From: an uncultured Gemmatimonadaceae bacterium
GTDB taxonomy: Bacteria > Gemmatimonadota > Gemmatimonadetes > Gemmatimonadales > Gemmatimonadaceae
DNA: 64,000 nt
Reading direction: 5' to 3'
Assembly: GCA_963716745.1 (NCBI GenBank)
Contig: OY970320.1
Span: 1,248,001 to 1,312,000 of the forward strand
Shown here: positions 19,587 through 31,408 of the stretch, piece by piece
How positions within the stretch are numbered: position 1 is the first letter of the stretch
Layout: each line of letters starts with the position of its first letter
Translations under genes and position numbers: made by a program
The notes under the pieces: generated by a model
What the model was told of the DNA's origin: nothing
What the model saw: the letters and a program-made list of their open reading frames with translations, nothing else
Database searches by the model: none

Positions 19587-20287
19587 GCACCGACGCCAAT
19601 ACTGGGTTCCGCCACTTCCACGACGAACTCGACCAGCTCAAGCAGCGCCTGTTCGACATGTCGGCGCGCGCCGAAGCGCTGGTCGAACTCGCCGTGGATG
19701 CGCTGCTCAAGCGCGACACCGCGAAGGCCGAGACCGTGATCGCGGCCGATCACGAGGTGGACACGCTCGAAGTGGACATCGAGCAGCTCGCGGTGTCGCT
19801 GCTCGCGCTGCAGCAGCCGATGGCGAAGGACTTGCGCTTCATCATCAGCGCCATGAAGATTTCGAGCGACCTCGAGCGCGTGGGTGATCACGCCGTCAAC
19901 ATCGCGCAGTCGGCGCTCCGTCTGGCCGAGATGAAGTCGGACATCACGCCCGATCCCGAGATCGAGGACATGGCGCGCCGGGCGCGCGCGATGCTGGCGG
20001 ACTCGCTCGATGCGTTCGTGCGCGCCGATGGCGCGCTGGGACGCGAGGTGACCCGGCGCGATGACCAAGTGGACGCCCTGCACGACTCGCTCTTCCGGAT
20101 CCTGCTCACGCACATGCTCGAGGATGCGAGCACGATCTCGGCGGCGCTCGAACTGTTCCTGGTGAGCCGCAATCTCGAGCGGGTCGCGGACCTCGCGACC
20201 AACATCGCCGAGGACGCGGTGTATCTTGCGGAAGGGAAATCGATCAAGCACCGCCGCGAACTGCTCACCTCAGCCCCCTCGCCCTAG
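19583..20287 (+). CDS. phoU: Phosphate signalling protein PhoU
   Basis: [18 protein letters not shown] and [13 protein letters not shown]. Confidence 0.95.
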   Translation: MSTDANTGFRHFHDELDQLKQRLFDMSARAEALVELAVDALLKRDTAKAETVIAADHEVDTLEVDIEQLAVSLLALQQPMAKDLRFIISAMKISSDLERVGDHAVNIAQSALRLAEMKSDITPDPEIEDMARRARAMLADSLDAFVRADGALGREVTRRDDQVDALHDSLFRILLTHMLEDASTISAALELFLVSRNLERVADLATNIAEDAVYLAEGKSIKHRRELLTSAPSP

Positions 20288-20290
20288 CGC

Positions 20291-21935
20291 ATGGCATCCG
20301 CCACCGCCGAATCCGTCGCCCGCCTCTCGGGGGGCGCGCCCGATACCGGGCACGAGCGTGTCGCCGCGATCGACATCGGATCGAACTCGATCCGGCAGAT
20401 CGTCGCCGACGTCGCACCCGACGGGAATATCCGGGTGGTGGGCGAAATGAAGGCGGCGCCGCGGCTCGGCGCCGGGCTCGACGAAGCGGGCCATCTCGAG
20501 CGATGCGGCGATGGAGCGCGCCACGGAGGCGATCACGCGCATGGCGACCCTCGCGCGGCAGCTCGGCGCGAGTCGCATCGAGGCCGTGGCCACGAGCGCC
20601 GTGCGCGATGCGCAGAACGCGCGCGAATTCCTGGGGCGCGTGCAGCAGTCGGCCAAGCTCAAGGTGCGTATCCTGCGCGGCGACGACGAAGCGCGCCTCG
20701 GATTCCGCAGCGCGCTCGCGCATTTCGATCTCGGCGGCGGCCGCGCGGCGGTGGTGGACATTGGCGGCGGCTCGCTCGAACTCGCACTGAGCGCCGCCGG
20801 CCTCGTCGACCGCCTCGTCTCCCTGCCCTTCGGCGTGCTGCGCATGACCGAGCGCTTCCTCACGCCGCACACCACGCGCAAAGCCGTGAAGAAGCTGCGC
20901 AAGCACGTGCGGCACGAGCTGCAGCAACATCTGCCCGCGCGCGAATGGCGCAGTGCCACGGTGATCGGCTCCGGCGGCACTTTCACGAACCTCGCGGGCA
21001 TGGCGCTCTACCGGCAGGGGATCACCGGATTCCCTACGGTGCACGGCACCACGGTGAGCCGCGTGGAGCTCGAACACATTCTGGATGCGCTCCAGGGCAT
21101 GTCGCTCGCAGAGCGGCTCGCCGTGCCGGGACTCAACGCGGGCCGCGCCGACATCATCGTGGCGGGCCTCGCCGTGATCGCGGAGGTGATGGCGCGACTC
21201 GACACGCCGCGTCTCGTCGTGTCGGGCTACGGCATCCGCGAGGGGTTGCTGCTCGAGAACGCGCGCATCGCGCCATCGATCGGAGGGCCGGGTGACGCCC
21301 GCGAGCGCTCCGTGCGCCGGCTCGCCGATGCGTGCCATTTCGAGGAGCGCCACAGCACGCAGGTGCAGCGCCTGTCGCTGCAGCTCTTCGACGCGCTCGG
21401 CGCGCGGCTGGGCTGCTCGCCGCAGGAGCGCGATACGCTCTCGGCCGCCGCGCTGCTGCACGACATCGGCTATCACATCAGCTACGACCGCCACCACAAG
21501 CATTCGTACTATTTGATCTCGCATGCCGAATTGCTGGGCATGTCACCGGCGGAGCAGCTCGTCGTGGCGCACGTGGCGCGCTATCACCGCGGCGCCGAAC
21601 CCTCGAAGCGGCACGCTGAGTTCGCGGCGCTCGACCGCGTGATGCGCCGCAGTGTGCGGCGGCTCGCGGCGCTGTTGCGCGTCGCCGACGGATTGGATCG
21701 CGGACACGTCGCCGCGGTGGACCGCGTGAAGGTGCGCTGGGTGGAGCGCTGCATCCGGATCAGCACCGTGCCGCGGATCGCGAGCCGGTCGCTGCGCCTG
21801 GAGCTCTGGGGCGCGAGCCGCAAGGCGCGTCTCCTCGAGGAGGTCGCGGGCACGCCCGTGGAGATCGTGGATCCCGAAGGGAATGTGTTCGACCGTGAGG
21901 AAAGCGGGGACATCAAAGGCGGCGAGGAAGACTAG
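20291..21935 (+). CDS. ppx: Ppx/GppA exopolyphosphatase with HD domain (frameshift ~20500)
   Basis: AIDIGSNS, ATSAVRDA, DIGGGSLE, GIREG and LHDIG..HHKHS. Confidence 0.92.
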
Positions 21936-22073
21936 ACGGCGGGGCTGGTACCGCTGACCGGCGCGGACTGGCGTTGGACATTCATGGGGGCCGGCGATAC
22001 AATGCCGGTTGGCGCGAGCTTCCACTGCCATCGCCAAGCGCGCCGCTCGCGGTGCCAGTCCCGTCGTTCGCGG

Positions 22074-24248
22074 TTATTCCGCCGCCATTGAGACTGCGAC
22101 TTCCCTCTCCGCCGTCGTCATCACGGAAGCTGGCGCAGCTAGAGGCGCCGTGGGTGCCACGGCAGCCACCGCCTCGCCCCACGGATGCATCATGAGGATC
22201 GTCTGCGCGTTGCGCTCAGGCTCGCTCCCCGCGCTGCGCTGGTGGTACTGCCCCGTCGAGTCCAAGTCCCACGCCAACCGATTGTCCGCGAGATACGTCG
22301 CGAACAGCGAGCGCAGCCGGTCGTGCAGCGCGACATCCACGACCGGCGTGATCACTTCCACGCGTCGGTCGAAGTTCCGCTGCATCCAGTCGGCACTCCC
22401 GAGATAGAATTCCTCGGCGCCGCCGTTCGCGAAGTTCCAGATGCGCGAGTGCTCGAGCAGCCGTCCGATGTGCCCCACCACGCGGATCCGGTCGCTCAGT
22501 CCCGGCACGCCGGGCCGCAGCGCGCACGCGCCGCGCACGATCAGGTCGATCTCCACGCCCGCCTGTGAGGCTTCGTAGAGCTCGAAGATCACGTCGGGAT
22601 CCACCACCGCATTCATCTTCGCGGCAATCCGCGCCGGCCGCCCCGCACGCGCATGGTCCGCCTCGCGCCGGATCAACTGCTTGAGACGATCGCGCAATTC
22701 GGTGGGCGCAACGAGCAGCCGGCGGTACGATCGCTGATGCGAGAATCCGGTGAGGAAATTGAACAGGTCGCTCACGTCCGCACCGATGAGCGGATCGGCG
22801 GTGAATAGTCCGAAGTCGGTGTACAGGCGCGCCGTGCGCGAGTTGTAATTGCCCGACCCGATGTGCACGTAGCGCCGGATGCCATCGGCCTCGCGGCGCA
22901 CCACCAGACACACCTTCGCGTGCGTCTTGAGCGCCGCCACGCCATACACCACGTGTACGCCCGCGCTCTCGAGCTGGCGCCCCCACGTGATGTTGTTCGC
23001 CTCATCGAAGCGCGCCTTGATCTCCATCATCACCACCACCTGCTTCCCCCGCTCCGCCGCCGCCGTGAGCGCGCGCACGATCGGCGTGTCGCCCGAGGTG
23101 CGATAGAGCGTGAGCTTGATGGCGAGCACCTGCGGGTCCTCCGCCGCGCGGTCGAGGAACGCTTCGACGCTCGTCGCGAACGACTCGAACGGGTGATGCA
23201 CGAGGATATCGCCCTGACGGATCGCATCGAAGATCCCGCCATTCACCCCGCGCAACCGCGGCGGCGTGACCGGTACGAAGGGCGGATCTCGGAGCTCGGG
23301 CACATCCAAACTGGCGATCTCCATGAGGTCGCCCAGCTCGAGCAGCGACCCGAACTCGTGCACGTCCTTCTCCGTGAGTGTCGCGTTGGCCGGCAGGCGG
23401 TCGTCGCGCAGTTCGTCGAGCAGCAGCAACCGCGTCGCCTCCGGCATCCCCGTCTGCACCTCGAGCCGCACTACCTCGCCGAAGCGCCGGCGGAACACCT
23501 GCTCCTCGATCGTCGCCAGGAGATCGTCCGGCTCCTCGCTCGGCGCCAGCTCGATGTCCGAGTTGCGCGTGATGCGGAACGCGTGCCAGCGCAGGATCTC
23601 CATCCCCGGGAAGAGCGCGCCGAGGTTCGCGCCGATGACGCGCTCCAGTGGCACGAAGCGGTGTCCCTTGCCGGTGGACACCCAGCGGGAAAGGCTCTTT
23701 GGCACTTTCACACGCGCGAAGTGCGTATCGCCGGTGATCGGGTCGCGGATCTCCGTCGCGAGCGAGAGCGACAGGTTCGAGATATACGGGAACGGATGCC
23801 CGGGATCGACGGCGAGCGGCGTGAGCACCGGGAAGACGTGCGACTCGAAGAAGCTGTCCACCGCGGCGAACTCCGAGCGGTCGAGATCCTCCGTGGACAC
23901 GAGTTCGATCCCGTGGAGCGCGAGGGCGGGCAATACCTCGCCGTGCAAGCAGCGGTCGCGCAGCGCCAACTGTTCGGACACGCGCCGCGCGATGGCGTCG
24001 AGCTGTTCCTGCGGGGCGAGCCCATCGGGCGCCGACACGGCGACGCCGGCGGCCACCTGCCGCCGGAGACCGGCCACGCGCACCATGTAGAACTCGTCGA
24101 GGTTCGTGCTGAAGATCGACAGGAACTTCAGGCGCTCGAGCAGCGGCGTGCGCGAGTCGAGCGCCTCGTGCAACACCCGGGCGTTGAACTCGAGCCAGCT
24201 CAGTTCGCGATTGAGATAGATCTCAGGTGCGGCGAGGCGGTCGGGCAT
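22074..24248 (-). CDS. ppk1: Polyphosphate kinase 1
   Basis: NRELSWLEFNARV, HPFPYISN, HHPFES, ARFDE and SADWM. Confidence 0.97.
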   Translation of the reverse strand: MPDRLAAPEIYLNRELSWLEFNARVLHEALDSRTPLLERLKFLSIFSTNLDEFYMVRVAGLRRQVAAGVAVSAPDGLAPQEQLDAIARRVSEQLALRDRCLHGEVLPALALHGIELVSTEDLDRSEFAAVDSFFESHVFPVLTPLAVDPGHPFPYISNLSLSLATEIRDPITGDTHFARVKVPKSLSRWVSTGKGHRFVPLERVIGANLGALFPGMEILRWHAFRITRNSDIELAPSEEPDDLLATIEEQVFRRRFGEVVRLEVQTGMPEATRLLLLDELRDDRLPANATLTEKDVHEFGSLLELGDLMEIASLDVPELRDPPFVPVTPPRLRGVNGGIFDAIRQGDILVHHPFESFATSVEAFLDRAAEDPQVLAIKLTLYRTSGDTPIVRALTAAAERGKQVVVMMEIKARFDEANNITWGRQLESAGVHVVYGVAALKTHAKVCLVVRREADGIRRYVHIGSGNYNSRTARLYTDFGLFTADPLIGADVSDLFNFLTGFSHQRSYRRLLVAPTELRDRLKQLIRREADHARAGRPARIAAKMNAVVDPDVIFELYEASQAGVEIDLIVRGACALRPGVPGLSDRIRVVGHIGRLLEHSRIWNFANGGAEEFYLGSADWMQRNFDRRVEVITPVVDVALHDRLRSLFATYLADNRLAWDLDSTGQYHQRSAGSEPERNAQTILMMHPWGEAVAAVAPTAPLAAPASVMTTAEREVAVSMAAE

Positions 24249-24346
24249 TTCCCAGGCGGAGACGAGTCGCCGCCCGGCGTGTGGCGCGGGCGGCGGGATT
24301 GCGGTTGTCGTGGGAGGTAATCTAGAGCCCCGCGAGGCCGCCGTGA

Positions 24347-24362
24347 ATCACACGTACGTAAC
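24347..24362 (-). promoter_or_regulatory. Candidate Pho box upstream of ppk1
   Basis: Minus strand reads GTTAC-gtacgt-GTGAT, 11-bp period. Confidence 0.5.
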
Positions 24363-24462
24363 GAGTGGGCGGATCGTTGGCGCGTAAATTACGCCATATT
24401 TTGCAACACTACAGCGCCAGTATAGTGATATTTGCTCATTATTTGGCGACAGTTGTGCCACT

Positions 24463-25116
24463 TCATGCTCCAAGTCGCTCCAACACGCTCGCCCCCTCCA
24501 TGTCGTCGATCAGTACGAACTTCCCGCGCAACGGCTCGAAGTAGTAGACGTCCGCACCCCGGATGTCGAACCACAATCCGTGCAGCTGCAACTCGCCGCG
24601 CTCTACTCGCGACTTCACCAGCGGATAGCCGCCGATATGCTCCAACTGCTGCAGGACGTTCAGCTGAGACACGGTACGCACGTCCTCCGTCCCCTTCTTC
24701 CGCGCTTCCGCGAGCGCCGGCTCGGCGTGCCGCAGCCAGGCGCGCAGGTTCGGCTCCGGGATCGTGCCGCGCCCCGCACAGAGCGCCTTGATCGCCCCGC
24801 AGTCCGAATGGCCGCACACCACCACGTGGCTCACTTCCAGGCGCGACAGCGCGAACTCGATGGCCGAGGCCTCCGACTCGTCGCTCGTCGAACGCCCATC
24901 CACGTCGCTCGGCGGAATGAGGTTCCCCACGTTGCGCACGACGAACATGTCGCCCGGATCGGTGGATGCGAACACGTTCACCGCGACGCGGCTATCCGAG
25001 CAGGCAATGAACAGCACGTCGGGGCGCTGGCCGAGCGCCAGCTCGGCGAACGTGTCTTGATAGTCGGCGCGCCGCAGCCGGCGGAATTCCATGATCCCCG
25101 CGATCAGTTTGCGCAT
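24463..25116 (-). CDS. can: Beta-class carbonic anhydrase
   Basis: CSDSRV, RNVGN and GHSDCGA zinc ligands. Confidence 0.93.
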   Translation of the reverse strand: MRKLIAGIMEFRRLRRADYQDTFAELALGQRPDVLFIACSDSRVAVNVFASTDPGDMFVVRNVGNLIPPSDVDGRSTSDESEASAIEFALSRLEVSHVVVCGHSDCGAIKALCAGRGTIPEPNLRAWLRHAEPALAEARKKGTEDVRTVSQLNVLQQLEHIGGYPLVKSRVERGELQLHGLWFDIRGADVYYFEPLRGKFVLIDDMEGASVLERLGA

Positions 25117-25125
25117 CGCCTCCTC

Positions 25126-26574
25126 CTAGAGCAGCGAGCTGAAGAGACGGGCCACGTTCCATCCCACCTGACGCCAGAGCGGCTGCGCACCCCAGATCGC
25201 GGCGTCGAGCCACTGCCCTTCATGGAAGTACCGCTCCTGCACTGCGCGCATCTGCGCGCACACCGCGGGATCGTACGTCAGCAGCACGACCTCCTCGTTG
25301 AGCGCGAACGAGCGGATGTCCATGTTCGATGAGCCGATCCAGCCGATCTCGTCGTCGATCGTGACGTGCTTCGCGTGAAGGAATCGCTTGGAGTATCGGC
25401 AGATCTTCACGCCGCCGGTGAGCAGCTCTTCATAGTATGACTTCTGCGCGTTGGACACGAGCAGCTGATCGTCCTGCCCCGGGACGACTAGCCGCACGTC
25501 CACGCCGCGCAGCACTGCGGTGGTGAGCGCCTGGCGGAGTGCGTCGTCGGGAATGAAATACGGCGTCGTGATCACCGCCCGCTCGCGCGCCACGCCCAGA
25601 AGCGCCACGATGAGCCGCTGGCTGTTCTGGCGCGGGAAGAGCGGACTCGACGGCAGCACCTGCGCGGGCGTCACGCCCGTGATCTCCGGGTCGGGGAACG
25701 GCGTGCCGGGCTCGAGATTCTTGCCCGTCTCGATGAACCAATCCTGCGCGAACACCGCCTGGAGTTCGAGCACCGCCGGCCCGGTGATGCGCACCATGAG
25801 CTCCTCGTACGTGAGCCCCGGTTTGAAGTCGGGCGCCACGAGGTTCATCGAACCGGTGTAACCAATGCGCCCATCGATCACGGCGATCTTCCGGTGATTG
25901 CGGAGATCGGCGCGCGCGCCCTGTGACCGGATGAGCGACAGTTTGAACGTCGCGAACGCGTCGATGCCCCTCGCGCGAAGCCGCGGCGCCAGCTCCTTGA
26001 ATCCGAACGGCCGCGATCCGATCGCGTCCGCCAGCAGACGACATGCCACGCCGCGCTTCACGGCGCGCTCGAGCGCGTCCATGATGCGCGCCGCCACCGC
26101 GTCGTCGGCCACGATGTAGAACAGCAAATGCACATGGTTCTTCGCGGCGTCGATGTCCGCGATCAGCCGCTCCACGATGCCGGCATAGTCGGACAGGATC
26201 TCCGCGTGGTTCCCGCCGAGGATCGGCAGGTCGCCGAGCTGCTCGGTGAGGCGCACCGCCGGCGCGATCGCGGGCGCTTGCTCCGGATGGAACACCGCGG
26301 GGTGGGCGAGCAGCCGGGCGTATACGGGTCGCGCGCCCTCCTCGAATTCCGCTGCGCGCCGCAGCCGCCACGCGGGCATCCGCGTGCGGCCCCATGCGAG
26401 GTACACCACGAGGCCGACGATCGGCTCGAACAGGATGAGCAGCAGCCAGCCCTTCGCCGTCTCGGGCGAGCGGCGGAAGGGGACGATGACGACCGCCACG
26501 ATCCGGATCGCCCACTCCACGGAAAGGAACAGCACCCACCAGATGCCGTCGCCGAAGAGGGCGTGCGGGATCAT
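25126..26574 (-). CDS. cls: Cardiolipin synthase
   Basis: PLD N-terminal TM region; two HKD motifs RNHRKIAVID and LHAKHVTID; TPYFIP. Confidence 0.93.
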   Translation of the reverse strand: MIPHALFGDGIWWVLFLSVEWAIRIVAVVIVPFRRSPETAKGWLLLILFEPIVGLVVYLAWGRTRMPAWRLRRAAEFEEGARPVYARLLAHPAVFHPEQAPAIAPAVRLTEQLGDLPILGGNHAEILSDYAGIVERLIADIDAAKNHVHLLFYIVADDAVAARIMDALERAVKRGVACRLLADAIGSRPFGFKELAPRLRARGIDAFATFKLSLIRSQGARADLRNHRKIAVIDGRIGYTGSMNLVAPDFKPGLTYEELMVRITGPAVLELQAVFAQDWFIETGKNLEPGTPFPDPEITGVTPAQVLPSSPLFPRQNSQRLIVALLGVARERAVITTPYFIPDDALRQALTTAVLRGVDVRLVVPGQDDQLLVSNAQKSYYEELLTGGVKICRYSKRFLHAKHVTIDDEIGWIGSSNMDIRSFALNEEVVLLTYDPAVCAQMRAVQERYFHEGQWLDAAIWGAQPLWRQVGWNVARLFSSLL

Positions 26575-27390
26575 CCGCCCGTGCGCGCCGAAGCGGTGAA
26601 CACGATCGCCAGCATCGGCGCGTGCACGGGCTTGTCGCCGAACTGCGCGCCGATCGCGCCGGCGATCTCCGCGATCACACGTTCCGCCGGCACCGACGCA
26701 CGCTCCGAGATGCCCGTCGCAAGCGGCGTGCCGGTCGCGAATCCGGTCGCGAGATCGCGCGCCGTTGGCGAGTGCATCTCCTTCGCGACGCGTTCGGACT
26801 TGATGGCTGCCGAAGCCCGCGGCGGTGAGAAGACCGGTGATCAGCCCGACATCGAAGTAGCCGAAGGGGATCGTGATGAAATCCGGCGGATCCACCGGGA
26901 AGAGCTTCACGACCGTCTCGCGCGCGAGCCGCGAGGCCGGATTCGCCGCAAGGCTGTCCCACACCGAGAAGATCAGCGTGCCACCCGGCGCGAGCACGCG
27001 GCGCATCTCCGCGAACGCGACCGCCTTGTCGGGCACGAACATGACGCCGAACTGACAGACCAGCGCATCGAACGACGCATCTGGGAAAGGCAGCGCCATG
27101 GCGTCCGCCGGACGGAACTCGACGCCGGCCGCACCCGGCATGCGCGATCGCGCGTACTCGACCATCGCGGGACTCAGGTCGGTGGCCGTGAGATGCGCGT
27201 CCGGCCGCATCGCCTCGCGCAACCGGCGGGTCACGATCCCCGTGCCGCACGCGACCTCCAACACGCGCCTCGCCGTCTTCGGCAAGCGCGCCGCCGCGTC
27301 GAGCGCGTACGGCTCGAAGAACACGCCGCCCAGGTACTTGTCGTAATTCGCGGGAATGCTGCCGGTGAAGCGAATGTCGGGAGTGGTCAT
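26571..27390 (-). CDS. Class I SAM-dependent methyltransferase (frameshift ~26790)
   Basis: VLEVACGTG, ADAMALPF and CQFGVMF; C-terminus continues in ORF 26571-26777. Confidence 0.85.
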
Positions 27391-27400
27391 AGTCCCTCTC

Positions 27401-28432
27401 TTAACCCGTGATGCGTTGGAGCACCCACCACACCGCGGCGGCCATGAGGGCGGCCATCGGGATCGTCAGGACCCAGGCCCACACGATACGCCTCGCGACG
27501 CCCCAGCGCACGGCGCTCAGCCGGTTCGTCGCGCCCACGCCCATGATCGCGCCCGTGATGGTATGCGTGGTGCTCACCGGGATCCCGAAATTGGTCGCGA
27601 GCAACAGGCTCATCGCACCCGCCGTCTCGGCGCAGAATCCACCCACCGGGCGCAGCTTGGTGATGCGCGTTCCCATCGTAAGCACGATGCGCCAGCCGCC
27701 GAACAGCGTGCCAAGCGCGATCGCGCTGTAGCCGCCCATCACCACCCAGAGCGGGATGTGGTCCGCATTCTGCAGGTACAAGTGATGCAGCCACCCCGTC
27801 TGGCTGGCGAACAGCGTCTGCGTGGACACGAGTAGGCCCACAATGATCCCCATGGTCTTCTGCGCGTCGTTGCCGCCATGGCCCAGCGAGAAGAGCGCCG
27901 AGCTGCCGAGTTGTGCCGCCCGGAAGAAACGGTCCACCCGCGCCGGCGCGGTGCGGTGGAAGATCCACATCACCAAGACCATCAACAGGTAGCCGAGCGC
28001 CATACCGATGAGCGGGGAGAGCACGATGAACAGGAGCACCTTGCTCCAGCCCGACACGATGAGCGCGTGGAATCCCGCCTTCGCGACCGCCGCGCCACCA
28101 TAGCCGCCGATGAGCGCGTGCGATGAGCTGGACGGCAGCCCGAAATACCAGGTGATGATGTTCCAGATGATCGCGCCGACGAGTCCGCCCAGGATCACGT
28201 TCGGGTCGACGATCGAGACGTCGATCAATCCTTTGCCCATCGTCTGGGCGACCTTGGTGCCCACAACGAACGCCGCCAGGAAATTGAACGACGCCGCCCA
28301 GACCACCGCCGGCAGCGGTTTGAGCACGCGCGTGCCGACGATCGTGGCGATGGAATTCGCCGAATCGTGGAAGCCGTTGCTGAAATCGAAGATGAACGCG
28401 ACGACGACGATCGCGACGATGTAGATGATCAC
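27401..28432 (-). CDS. pit: Inorganic phosphate transporter (PiT family)
   Basis: NGFHDSANS, GLPSSSSHA, HGGNDAQK and PVSTTH. Confidence 0.96.
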   Translation of the reverse strand: MIIYIVAIVVVAFIFDFSNGFHDSANSIATIVGTRVLKPLPAVVWAASFNFLAAFVVGTKVAQTMGKGLIDVSIVDPNVILGGLVGAIIWNIITWYFGLPSSSSHALIGGYGGAAVAKAGFHALIVSGWSKVLLFIVLSPLIGMALGYLLMVLVMWIFHRTAPARVDRFFRAAQLGSSALFSLGHGGNDAQKTMGIIVGLLVSTQTLFASQTGWLHHLYLQNADHIPLWVVMGGYSAIALGTLFGGWRIVLTMGTRITKLRPVGGFCAETAGAMSLLLATNFGIPVSTTHTITGAIMGVGATNRLSAVRWGVARRIVWAWVLTIPMAALMAAAVWWVLQRITG

Positions 28433-28436
28433 GAGA

Positions 28437-29048
28437 TCAGTTGTGCTTCAGCGCGATGCTCTCCAGCACATTCGCCACATCCTCGCATTGGTCGAGAGCG
28501 CGCTCGAGGGTATCGAACAGCTCCTTCCACTTGATCACTTCGATCGGGTCGGGGTGCCCGGCGAACAGGTCGCCGATGGCCTGGTGGTACAGCTGGTCGC
28601 CCTCTTCTTCGCGGAGCTTAATGTCGCGGCCGCGCGCGACGACGATGCGCGAGTCCTTCATCTCGGCCACCGCCGCTTCAATGTGCTCCGTCGCGCGGAT
28701 GAGCACGTCGCACAGCGGGATCGCCTGCGGCAGCACCGTGGTGATATGGAACATCTGCACGCGGCGCGCGGTGCCGTCCATGAGGTCGATCACATCGTCG
28801 AGCTCGCCGGCGAGGAGGTGGATGTCCTCGCGGTCGATCGGCGTCACGAAGCTCCGGTCGATGCGCAGGATGATCTTGTGCGTGAGCTCGTCGGCCTCGT
28901 GCTCCACCGCCTTGATCGCCGCCACATGCTTCTCGAGGTTCGCCGGCTCGGCGAACAGTTGTCGCAGCAGCCGGGCGCAGGCGGATCCGCGCTTCGCGAG
29001 CTCGGAGAACATCTCGAAGAACGCTTCATCTCTCGGGATCAACCGCAT
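28437..29048 (-). CDS. DUF47 (PhoU-like) Pit accessory protein
   Basis: EHEAD, FVTPIDREDI and EEEGD; directly upstream of pit. Confidence 0.93.
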   Translation of the reverse strand: MRLIPRDEAFFEMFSELAKRGSACARLLRQLFAEPANLEKHVAAIKAVEHEADELTHKIILRIDRSFVTPIDREDIHLLAGELDDVIDLMDGTARRVQMFHITTVLPQAIPLCDVLIRATEHIEAAVAEMKDSRIVVARGRDIKLREEEGDQLYHQAIGDLFAGHPDPIEVIKWKELFDTLERALDQCEDVANVLESIALKHN

Positions 29049-29108
29049 CGGAGCTCCGCTGTAGACGGGGATCGCTGTGGGGCAGGAACTTACGAGGTCA
29101 CCTAGAGT

Positions 29109-29210
29109 GCGGGAAGCGGGACGCGGGACGCGCCGCGTTAACGACCCGGGACGCGAGGGCCTCCCGTCAGTTCTCGCTTCCCGCGGCGCTTCCCGCGTCC
29201 CGCGTCCCGC
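29109..29210. repeat. Heptamer palindrome element, copy A
   Basis: (CGGGANN)3-CGCCGCG...AGTTCTCGCTTCCCGCGGCG-(NNTCCCG)3. Confidence 0.85.
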
Positions 29211-29277
29211 GCATGACATAGCTTCGGCCGTTCAACCACCCATATGTCGGACATTCCTGCCAACTCGGCAGTCAAGC

Positions 29278-29295
29278 CAGGCCCAGATATTGCTT
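29278..29295 (+). promoter_or_regulatory. Candidate sigma54 (-24/-12) promoter of dnaK
   Basis: caGG-cccagatatt-GCtt, i.e. GG-N10-GC with TTGC. Confidence 0.45.
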
Positions 29296-29347
29296 GAAGT
29301 TAGCCCGCTACACCGCATAGTCAGACCAAACTAGGAGACATAGGATT

Positions 29348-31291
<1,944 letters not shown>

Positions 31292-31330
31292 GGCAACGCA
31301 ACCGGCGTTGCCGGTGACTAACGGATGGAC

Positions 31331-31365
31331 ACGGCGGGGCTCCGGGAACCCCGGAGCCCCGCTGT
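31331..31365 (+). terminator. Stem-loop after dnaK overlapping a candidate ECF promoter of degP
   Basis: ACGGCGGGGCTCCGGG-aac-CCCGGAGCCCCGCTGT. Confidence 0.55.
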
Positions 31366-31408
31366 ACGTATCTATATGACCAACTCTCATCCACGAAGGA
31401 TCCCGAGT

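Noticed and set aside
24380..24460. AT-rich patch as dif site or origin
   Set aside because: No convincing XerC/XerD arms or DnaA boxes; likely ppk1 promoter region
25126..27390. 754-aa methyltransferase-cardiolipin synthase fusion
   Set aside because: Indel at ~26790; the methyltransferase C-terminus ends at 26571, overlapping the cls ATG
29300..29330. CIRCE operator upstream of dnaK
   Set aside because: Only a weak TTAGC half-site; no GAGTGCTAA arm
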